A DNA stretch of 63,169 bases, the filler included, from Reticulomyxa filosa (taxonomy: Eukaryota > Protista > Foraminifera), in assembly GCA_000512085.1 (NCBI GenBank). It is 24 parts of 24 records of this genome, joined end to end, with 100 filler letters (N's around TTAATTAATTAA, not from the genome) between each part and the next. Parts side by side here need not be neighbours in the genome. Positions count along the whole stretch, not along the records: positions 1 to 2,997 come from ASPP01003034.1; positions 3,098 to 4,275 come from ASPP01050601.1; positions 4,376 to 7,824 come from ASPP01008916.1; positions 7,925 to 9,107 come from ASPP01026924.1; positions 9,208 to 11,754 come from ASPP01024584.1; 19 more parts are not named here. One strand, 5' to 3'. Shown one piece after another: positions 1 to 10,075 of the stretch. A model generated the notes under the pieces. That model searched no databases, had not been told where the DNA came from, and worked only from the letters and a program-made list of their open reading frames with translations. Position 1 is the first letter of the stretch; every line of letters begins with the position of its first letter. The translations under genes and the position numbers were made by a program.

Positions 1-429
1 TTCTTCTTCTTCTTCTTCTTCTTCTTCTCTTCCTCTCGTCGTCAACATATTGTCGTTTGTACTCTTGTTGCTGCTGCGCGTATCCAACCCGATACTCGTC
101 GGTGATCGACTCACCACTGATTTATTGCCATCCTTTGGAGTCAAACTTGAGGGATGCAATCTCCCCACTTGAAATGATGCTGGTCCAACTGCTGATGAAT
201 GGCGTCGAATCTTTAACAACGTATCTCCATTCTTTATTTCTGGAGTGTGAGTTGTTTCTAATTGAAACCGACTTGGAATAATTTTGCTCATGAATATTGA
301 TATTATATGATCAAAGTCAAGGTATTATTCTTATTTACACACGAAAAAGAGGACCTGAATTATATATACTTTTTTTTTTTTTTTTGTATATCCTCCCCTT
401 GTTTGCCTTTTTTTTTGTTCTTTAAATAC

Positions 430-700
430 AACTGACTGCTTAGTTGTTGCAGTATCCCATATTCAAGCGATTGTTTCGTCATATGATTTAGAATACAGAC
501 ACTACCGTTAAAAGGTAAAAATTTAATTCCACAGTATTGTTAATATGTCCATTGAATATTTGCAATAGTTGATTATATCTTTGACCAAAAATTATTTAAT
601 TTTGGTCTCATTTTGGTATCTAAACTAATCTTTAATCATTTGTTGCAATGGAACATTTCAACGGTTTGAGAAGATTGTGAAGAAATATAGATACGTTCCC
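430..700 (-). pseudogene. Decayed WD40-repeat fragment
   Basis: Minus strand gives broken WD40 motifs (FNGH; SYDETIA*IWDTATTKQ) resembling the adjacent intact gene, with stops and frameshifts. Confidence 0.5.
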
Positions 701-845
701 TCTGTCAAAAGAGTATATACTTAGAATGTTCCAATTTTATTTTTAAATGTATCAACACAAAAAAAAAAAAAACTTCAACGACAAAAGTGACTAACTATCA
801 TTTCATGTGAATATTAGCAAAAGTGGTTTATTTCTTGTTGGCAAA

Positions 846-2231
846 TTATCCACTAATACGAATGAAACCTTTTGATGAACCATAACACAAGTTTAAACCA
901 TCATAAGTATTTTCTCCTTTTTTTTTTTCACTGTTCTTTGGTTTCTTTTTCAATGATACAAATTTAAGACATGTTATTCCACATTCTTCTTCAAGCACAC
1001 ACAATTCCTTCTTATTTGATCGAATGTCCCAAAAACGAATTGCTTTATCTGTTGATCCAGAACATATCACATTTGATCTATAACCAACTTCAATATTCTT
1101 TATTCCAAATGGTGAATATTCGACTGCATTCATTTGACCATAATTTTTTTGAAACTGTTGAATCTGTTTGCCAGATCGAATATCCCACAAACGAACACTT
1201 CTATCAGTAGATCCAGATAATATTGTATTTGCACCACCATTAATTCCCAATTCATTTGATCCATATTTTACACTAAGTACTGCCCATGAATGTCCTTCGA
1301 ATGAAATAGTTTGTTTGGTTTTTTCAATATCCCATACACAAATGGTTTTATCGTATGACCCAGAGCAAATTGTATATCCATTGCCACCAATCACACCAAT
1401 GCTATTGTGTTTATTACTGTTGCTGCTGCTTTGCGGTGGTGAAATACTCACACACCAAATGCTATCTAAATGTCCCTTAAAAACATGTAATGATTTAGAT
1501 GTCTCAATATCCCATAAGCGAATAGTTTTGTCACCTGACCCAGAACATAAATATCGGCCATTATTAAATGATGAAAATTCAATGCCATAAACACCATTCG
1601 TGTGTTCATTCAATACATTTAATTGTTGATTATGTTTGAAATCCCAAAAACGAATGGTTTTGTCATTTGATGAAGAACAAATAACAGTTTGACGATAATT
1701 ATGATAATGAAATGCCGAAAATTTTACACAAAATACAGAACCTGAATGTTCATGAAATGATCCAATTTGTTCACTTATATCTGTATCCCATAAACCAACT
1801 GTTTTATCTTTTGATCCAGAACAAATAAATTGATTGTCATCAAATATCGAATAATCAATACTCCAAAGCTCTTTGGTATGTCCACTGAAAGTTTTAAGTA
1901 ATTGAGATGACGAATAAATAAGTTCAAACGATATGGAAATTGCCTGTGTCAAAAAAAAAAAAATGACAATTAATAAATACATACATAAATAAATGAACAA
2001 ATAAATAATAACATATTTCACAATAATCTTGTCAAATTCATTGATCCATCCTAATTTAATTTTTGATTTTCCAACCCAATGTTGAACAATGAGTTGGATA
2101 CCTTTTTCTTCTGACAGACTCTGTCACAACCGCATAAAACATCACGTAATAAAGCTAAAGAAAATTTGGAGACAAAAACTTACTATTATTTGCTTTTTAG
2201 AACTTGGGTTTTTTTTAAAACTAGAAAACAT
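846..2231 (-). CDS. WD40 beta-propeller protein, lineage-expanded family; exons 2231-2184, 2120-2013, 1943-846
   Basis: Repeated GH...CSGSxDKT(I/V)RxWD units. ATG at 2231, GTAAGT and GTTATT donors, CAG acceptors, all phase 0. The N-terminus in the ORF track is intron read-through. Confidence 0.92.
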
Positions 2232-2997
2232 TTCTTGATTTCTTTGTAGACGCCAGAAAAGGGAAAAGTCTTTGAACTTTTTTTCTCTCAAGTTACCAAA
2301 AAAACTTTTTAAGAATTTTGTTAAAAAATTTAAAATAGATGAAGAATAAAAAACGATTCATTACACATTTAGTTTAATAGAAAATATAAACATTTCAACT
2401 ACCTCTGATGGAAGAACTCTAAAAATTGCCAGATTATTGCTTTTTTAAACATTATGTGATTCATTCTGTTATTCAAAACATTGTCCTTTGTAATAAAAAA
2501 ACGTCATCAAAGCATTAAGTTTTTGACTGATCAATAGTCATTTTTTTAAATTCTAACTGTTCTTCAGTCTCTCATAAAGCAATGATGAGAAAAGGTTAAC
2601 AGGATCCAGAGGCAAATTGGAACCAGTTATTCTAAATGATAAACGCACTTCTTTTTGTAAAGAAAGATATCTGGATGATAAAATTGAAAGTGATGATGAT
2701 CCAATTGCCCGAATCTCCGTTATGAAATGAAAAAATGCATAAAATTTTTTTCTAATTTCAAAAACATACACAATGAACAAATAACAAAGATGGAAACGGA
2801 TGGAAGACAATCATATTCACATTTTGGAATAGATATAAAAATACAGTAAGTTGCAAAGAAAACTGAACGCCTAAAACGATATCCTATGATGATAATTAAT
2901 TTTCTCCATGAAAAATCAACATTTAGACCTAATTTTTTTTTTATTTTAAAAAAAATATCTACAAATCTTGTAGTTTTTAAATATGAAATTTGTTTTT

Positions 2998-3097
2998 NNN
3001 NNNNNNNNNNNNNNNNNNNNNNNNNNNNNNNNNNNNNNNNNTTAATTAATTAANNNNNNNNNNNNNNNNNNNNNNNNNNNNNNNNNNNNNNNNNNNN
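2998..3097. other. Artificial contig spacer N44-TTAATTAATTAA-N44 (first of 23; others start near 4276, 7825, 9108, 11755, 12855, 16092, 19260, 21408, 29054, 30394, 33431, 35192, 39004, 40201, 41315, 44703, 46049, 47649, 54766, 55959, 57395, 60277)
   Basis: Identical 100-nt N-padded linker with stop codons in all six frames, repeated throughout the window. Confidence 0.99.
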
Positions 3098-3796
3098 TCC
3101 ATTCACCAACTAAACAAGCACTGGGGAAGGTGATTGTGTTACCTTTCTCTTTTGTAAATACTTATATTTAAGCCTTGGTATTTGTATTTCTCTATTTGAC
3201 ATAATCCATTTTACCTGAGTCAAGTCGGCATTTGCTAGTCTTGCTTTCATTGATCATCTTTTAATTTGATTGGTAGTTTGTTGTCGATCGTTAAAGTCTT
3301 TGCTCTATTAACTCTTGCTGTGGTGATTAATAAGATAAATTAAAGTTGTAATTTGGAAAAAATGCTTAACAGTAAATTTGAAAAGGCAGTGTCAGAAGAT
3401 TGTAACTTGTCAATGATGGTAAGACACTTCGTGATTTCATTGATATGAGAAAAAAAAGGTCAAAGTTCTCATCAATTTGTTTTTTTCATTGTGGCATTTC
3501 TTTAAACCTCCATCGTCTTCACCATTTTTCATCGGTTTTTTTTTTTTTTTAAAGAATCACATGTACTATATCATTTACATTCCAGAACATTGCACTTACA
3601 TACCCTCCCATGATTGAACAAAATAATCGGTGTCAAAGTGATAAAGTCAACGACAAAGAACATCACTATACATTAACTACTTTTCAGAAAACGAATGTCT
3701 TTACATTTTTGAGAAACGACAAACTGGACAACATTTACAAACAACATTAGTGGAAGAAGGTCTCCACATGACCATAATAATTTTTTTTTTTAAAGA

Positions 3797-4101
3797 GATT
3801 TGGTGGGGTCTGGCCGGCCCCTAGGCTCTCATCTGCTACAACCTCCAACATAAACCCTAGAAGTGAGAGAAGGGGTTCCTCCAATAAAATTGGCGGTTAC
3901 TCCTCGGGTCAAGCCCTGCTTCCCTAATTACTAGGGCCTCTGTTGAAGGCCATAGAGAAATGAGAAAGCCTCAGCCCTATTATATGTCTCATAAAGAAAC
4001 ATATCGTCGGGGAGGCTTATAAATAATTCTTAATATGCTACCAGGCCATGTGACATACATTGGTCTGTACTGATGATGTTGCGGGGTCCCAATATTTTTT
4101 T
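3797..4101 (+). ncRNA. Candidate structured ncRNA (~300 nt), possibly telomerase RNA
   Basis: GC-rich island with no credible ORF, many hand-identified helices with G-U pairs favouring the + strand, TAAACCCTA at 3851-3859, T7 at 4095-4101. Confidence 0.45.
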
Positions 4102-4375
4102 GATCAATATTTGTGGTCGAGTTATCCATACCACGCAAAATCTGTGATTTATTGGAATGGTAGTTAAGTCATTCTCAAAATATCCAAAAAGTGCAGCAAT
4201 CAAAAATTTTGTCTTCACTTGCAAAGATTTGAAATTTTTTGTTTACCAACAGAATCGTGAAAATGTTTGTTCTAANNNNNNNNNNNNNNNNNNNNNNNNN
4301 NNNNNNNNNNNNNNNNNNNTTAATTAATTAANNNNNNNNNNNNNNNNNNNNNNNNNNNNNNNNNNNNNNNNNNNN

Positions 4376-4407
<32 letters not shown>

Positions 4408-4429
4408 GTTATTATTTGTTATTATTATT

Positions 4430-4814
4430 ACCAATTTTTGAACATCTGGGTCACTAATTTTCTTTGCAATGACGGCAGAAGGATCATACTTGCTATCCTT
4501 GTAAGCCAATAACCTTTCGTGGTCAAACAAGACTAGTCCGTCCATAAACACTTCGGCAATCACACAGCCAACGCTGAAAATGTCGGAACTGGGCAACAAG
4601 CTTCTCTCGGCCTGCGTCACATAAAACCGCTCCGGGGCTATATAGCAGCGAGCCCTTTTGGCGTCTTCAAAAAAGTAGCCCCATTGAAAGGGGTTCGAGT
4701 ATGGTAAGCTGTCAGGTTTGTAAGGATGGAAGTCTATGCGACAAAAAAAAAAAAAAAAATGTAGATATATGGCATAGGCACATATAAATACATATATACA
4801 TATACATATATATG

Positions 4815-4845
<31 letters not shown>

Positions 4846-5533
4846 TTGTGTTTGTTTGCCTGTCAAAAACACCCAGTTCCATGTGGTCAACATAATGTTT
4901 TCGGTTTTGATATCGCCATGTACGATCTTGGTGTTATGCGCTTGAGACACTGCCTGCAACAATTGATAAATGATCCATTTTTTTTCAATAGGTTCCAAAT
5001 ACGGCGGGGTGTGAAAGCGGTCGTACAAATTGTGCGCAAAATATTGTCTTCCCAGAAAATAACACCGGTTCTCTTGGATTTTGTTTTTGTTTTCAATTGG
5101 GATCAACGGCACCAATCCTGGCTGCGAGGCCGTACTCCACAACGATTGGATGTGCTTGTACTTTTTCTTCTCCTTTTCTATCGCGTCTTCCAATTTCGCC
5201 GCGTTCATGTCTCCGCCATCCAATGTTGGTTTTATGTAGGCTTTCACTAACAGTGCTGCTGTGTCCACGGTGCACCGAAATGACTTCAACACTTTCCCTT
5301 GTCCCCTTTTTTTTTTTTTTTTTTTTTTTATTTTTATTTTGGATGTTAGAGATTGTTTGTGCTTTCCTTCCGCTGTCTCTTTCTCCTCTCTCTTTGTCTT
5401 GCTTCAAGTTTTGATGCTGTTGCGTTTGTCATACCAGTTGATCATTCCCATTCACTGTAAATGGTAACTCCACTGCGAACAATTGATACCAATCTTGATC
5501 ATTTATTCCGTCACTTGGAGGAATATTTCCCAT
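4430..5533 (-). CDS. VPS15: Vps15/PIK3R4 kinase domain, 5' part (truncated by contig end)
   Basis: MGN myristoylation start at 5533; [82 protein letters not shown] match Vps15. Introns about 5433-5306 and 4859-4734. Confidence 0.93.
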
Positions 5534-6052
5534 ATTTTTTTCTAATTATTAAAAAATAAAAAATTTTATATATTCTCTTTGTTTTTACTCTGCCTCCCTT
5601 TTCTCCTTTTTAAGTTTACGTACAGAAAAGTGTTATATCATTGGTGCACCTTTTCAATGAATCCAATTACCCCAGATGCATACTAGGGCTAAACTAATTG
5701 TATTCTAATGCTATTGGTTAATTTAAAACTTATTATTCACGGAAAACTTTGCTTTTGAGTTTCGTTCGTATTTGTACCGTTCGCTCGAAATACGTGCATG
5801 TAATTCGATGTGAAAAATACTGCCAGAGAGCTCTCTCCGTTTTCAAAGCAATCCAAAGCCTGAGCTTTTTTTTTTAACAAAAAAAAAAAAAAGAACGGCT
5901 CATTTTTCGTGCCAAAGAATTTTTGAGATTTACTTTTTTATAATCACTTCTTTCCTTGCAAAACATCTCAAACCATAAAAAGGTTTTTTATTTTATCTTG
6001 TTTTCTTAGATAAGGGATAATTGAAAAACAACAACGTGCTGGTTTGTACAGA

Positions 6053-6319
6053 ATGACTCGTAAAATTCCAATGTCAGAAGTGGCAAAAAGAAACGCACAA
6101 GGCCCCAACAAGGAGGCATGGATTGTCATCGACGGAAAAGTATACGATGTCACCAAATTTATTGAAGAACATCCTGGTGGAGAGGGACCATTGTTAGCCT
6201 ATGCTGGTACTGAATGCACAGAAGCGTTCAAACAAGTTATCCACTCTCAAGCAGCCACAGAAATCATGAAAGAACTTTACATTGGTGATGTAGAAACCTC
6301 ACAAAAAGCTAAACTTTGA
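6053..6319 (+). CDS. Soluble cytochrome b5 (88 aa) with C-terminal AKL
   Basis: WIVIDGKVYDVTKFIEEHPGG heme motif, second ligand His in HS, no transmembrane tail; ATG at 6053. Confidence 0.93.
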   Translation: MTRKIPMSEVAKRNAQGPNKEAWIVIDGKVYDVTKFIEEHPGGEGPLLAYAGTECTEAFKQVIHSQAATEIMKELYIGDVETSQKAKL

Positions 6320-6981
6320 GATTGGCAACAATTTGTTGATTTTTTTTTTATCCTTTTTGATGCGATTGTCTTTGTTTTAAGCCGCTCAGTTGTATTTGAA
6401 AAAAAATTTGCACAACAAAAAATCAAATTTCGAACATTCCCTTTTTTTTTTTTAAGGAAAATCTTTGGGCACATTTAGAAAAAACTAGAGATTGATGGTA
6501 ATATTGGATTGTGCTTTTTTACAAATTTGGAAACTGGTTGAGATGTTCCAATATCGATTTTCCGCTGGGCTTGTTTCACAAAAAAGCATTTTGTGAACAA
6601 ATTGACTCAGTTTATGATATACATTTATTTTCTTTTACAAACGGATATTACATTTTTCGTCCTTTTCACTTAATACTAGTCCAGCAAAAAAAATGTTTCA
6701 TTTGCGATACAGTTCCTAGTTATTTCAATCTTCTTTTTTTTTGGATTAATGCATAAGAAATAAAAGGCATATCCTTTATAAGTTATACATCTTTGCTGAA
6801 GATTACAAATCTATTCTAAAAATAGTTAGTGCACTTTTTTTGGTGCTTTTTCTCGGGCGGTATTTTGATACAGCAAACATGCAAAGTTAAGAATATATAT
6901 CAAATGATGACGGCATCAAGAATTCAGAAAAAAGAAAGAGTTTTTTTTTTCTTTCCTTTGTTTGTGCCTTTGGCAGAGATA

Positions 6982-7790
6982 ATGGGACACTCAAATTCCA
7001 AAAAACTTTGGGAATATGCCCGCAATGGGCAGGAAAATGAAGCAATTCAGTTGTTGGACTCGTGTAACTTGATTGATCCAAATTATCCAAACGTCGGTTT
7101 TCGTGTGTGTTTTGTGTTTGATCTTTCAAAAAGAAAGAAAAGTAACATATAATTTTTTTTTTTTTTTGAATATTAAGGTTTATCGTGAGTCACCATTGCA
7201 TTTGGCGTGTGCCAACAACATGACAAAACTAGTAAAAAAGCTGATCGAACATGGAGCAAAAGTGGATGTAAAGAACCGGTTCGAATCGACTCCTTTGCAT
7301 ATAGCGACCCGTATGGGTCATCAAGAGATAGCAAAGCTGTTGTTAGAAGAGGCGAAATGTGATCCGAACATTCCAGGAGCATATGACTTTCGAGCGATAA
7401 CAATAGCATGTGCCGTTGGCAACATAAGCATCGTGCGTTTGCTATTGGAGCACAACGCGTTCATTGAAGACAAGACATTGATGCTTGCAGCGATGCAAGA
7501 GCCCAAAGCACGAACGAGTCGGGCACAGACAAAGAGAAAAACCACGCCGATGAAATTGAGGCATGTTATTAAACCACGGCGCCAACGTGAACAGCACTGA
7601 CAAATACGGCAACACGGCACTCATGCAGGCGTGTCTTCGATGCAATAAACAAATCGTCGATGTGCTCGTCAATCGCGAGTGGACGCCCAAAATCGATTTG
7701 AACAAACAAAACTGTATGGATGGAGCGCTTTGCATTTCGCTTACGCTGCAGAAACGGAGCATCCCACTTCAAAACATTCTATCATTGGTT
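6982..7790 (+). CDS. Ankyrin-repeat protein, 5' part, with three apparent single-base deletions
   Basis: MGHSNS start; intron 7093-7178; SPLHLAC, TPLHIAT, GNTALMQAC and GWSALHFA repeats spread over different frames. Confidence 0.85.
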
Positions 7791-7943
7791 ATATACATAT
7801 ATATACATATATATACATATATATNNNNNNNNNNNNNNNNNNNNNNNNNNNNNNNNNNNNNNNNNNNNTTAATTAATTAANNNNNNNNNNNNNNNNNNNN
7901 NNNNNNNNNNNNNNNNNNNNNNNNACAACAACAAAAAACATAC

Positions 7944-8343
7944 CGCTAATGTAATCGGCTTCCACAAACCCAGGACAACCATCTTTGGATTTTTTATGAA
8001 AAATGACCTCGTATGAAAATAAACTGTCTTCCTTTCGGATGCAATAGTCTATCATGACAAGTGCGTACTGTTGGACGTGCTTACACTTGATGCGGATTTC
8101 CGTGTCGTTGACAAACTCCACGCCGTCTCCATGCTTCTTTGGGTCATTGTTCCATCGTAGTATCATTGTAAAGTCCATAATCAACAGCAACAACTCTTTT
8201 GGAAACACTCGCTCCCTGCCCAACTCGTTTTGGATCAATACTTTCAATGCTTCTTCTTTTTTTTTGTCAATCGACGCCAAAAAGCGTGTTTTCCATCTTG
8301 GGCGTGTTGATATTTTATCATTTGTTGTTGTCAAATCTGACAT
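7944..8343 (-). CDS. Hypothetical protein exon: F-box-like helix followed by a beta-rich (SPRY-like?) region
   Basis: Open frame from ATG 8343; FPKELLLLIMDF then WN..KHG.GVEF; GTATG donor near 7943. Confidence 0.5.
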
Positions 8344-10075
8344 TACGTTCAATTTTTTTTTTTTTTAAATAAACGGGGGAAGACGAAAAACGAAGAAGGA
8401 ACGAGTGAAAATGTTGCATCATCTATTTCAGTTTTTGCACTTAATTTGCTCAAAGTAGAAAGATTTAAATTATCAAAAATTGAAGAAACAAAATTACTTT
8501 TGAAGGATTTTATACTTTATTTAGATACACTTTTTTTTAACGGCCAAGTAAATTTGCAAAGATTTTTCTTTTTTGTACGATGCACCTAATGCATTATGTA
8601 TTTTTTTTAAAATAAATAATCTAATTTTCATTATCCGTTAGTGTTAGCAAAGAAATGATCAACTTTTGTTTTAGTTCAATGAAAATGGTTAGTCAAACTG
8701 CATTGCTTGATTTGCAGTGTTTGCTTGAAAAAGCCAATGTGAAGGAAAGGGAAAAAAAGCACAAATTGTGAACACAAAAACAAATTGGAAACAAAAAAAT
8801 TACAACAGTTTTCTTTTTCCCTTTCAGTCACGATGTTCACAAGTGATAGAGAGAAAAGAAAAAACAACCGCGAAAGAAAAAAAAATAGGCAGTAAATTTA
8901 ACCCCCCAAAAAAAAGCGCAAAAGCACACCCCGCCACAAAACTACAAACCCCAAAAAGCGTTAAAGAAATAATATTCCAAAAAAAAGAAAACATATCAAT
9001 CACAAAAAAAAAAAAAAGGAAGTCGAAAACCCCGGGGCCCCACACAATTCGAAAAGCTCTTCGCCTTATAAACTCTGAAAGCCAGCTAACATGTCAAAAA
9101 AAAAAAANNNNNNNNNNNNNNNNNNNNNNNNNNNNNNNNNNNNNNNNNNNNTTAATTAATTAANNNNNNNNNNNNNNNNNNNNNNNNNNNNNNNNNNNNN
9201 NNNNNNNGTGTGTGTGTATGTGGCTTGTATGAACTGATGAAATATCGACGCTTTGTGCATTTGCATACGTGTAGTATGATATTGCCGAGTTTGGAGTCAC
9301 TGCACTTGCGCAGTTGAAGCCACCAGGTATAATAAAGTTACATGTCGACAATCAATGACTGACCGCCGAAATTTTGAATGAAAACAAGGGGCTGACGATT
9401 TCGCTGAAAACAGAATACATAATAATTGGGGACAACAATATAAAAGAGATCTATCACGCGTTGCTCAACAAACCGCTGCGTCTCCATCAAAATATCATTC
9501 AAATCCACGAAGGGATCAACAATTGTGAAACATGCACATATGCATTTCGCTTTCGGTTTTATTGAAACTGCAGAAATTCCATTGTTTCAATTGGAGTGGA
9601 CTTGATACAGGTTCACGAAAACAAAAGGTTAATTTTATTTAATTTTGTGAATCCGATAAATTGCGGACGGTTAAATTAACAAAACAAATAATAAATTGTT
9701 TAAACATTCATTTGCTCACAAAATTTCTGAAACACCACGTAGCATGCATCTAAAAAAAAAATCTGCATTTTTGTTTAATGCCAAGCCTTTTAATTGTTTT
9801 CATTTAGATAAAGAAAAAAAATCGCATAAATTAAATCACCAATCAAATAATATTGAACAATAACTTTTGCAAAAAGTGATGTATAAACCGAACATATTGA
9901 ATATCTGTACACAACAACACCCGAATTCGATACGAACTATCTGCGATTGTCAAGTTTTTGTTTTTATCTCATTTCTGACATTATCTTTGCTCATCTTGGT
10001 GTGCAAAACTATTTGTAATTTATGCATATTTTTCATCAAACTCGATCGAGGAAAAATAGAAACAAAAAAACTTAC

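Noticed and set aside
3042-3053. Recurring TTAATTAATTAA as a biological repeat or CRISPR-like array
   Set aside because: Always centred in N padding; it is a synthetic six-frame-stop linker
3915-3945. SRP helix-8-like AGG...AGCAG on the minus strand
   Set aside because: Apical stem and loop do not fit, no Alu domain seen, and G-U pairs favour the + strand; not fully excluded without Infernal
4040-4100. Hammerhead ribozyme (CTGATGA between two stems)
   Set aside because: No GAAA after stem II and no NUH cleavage triplet or stem III
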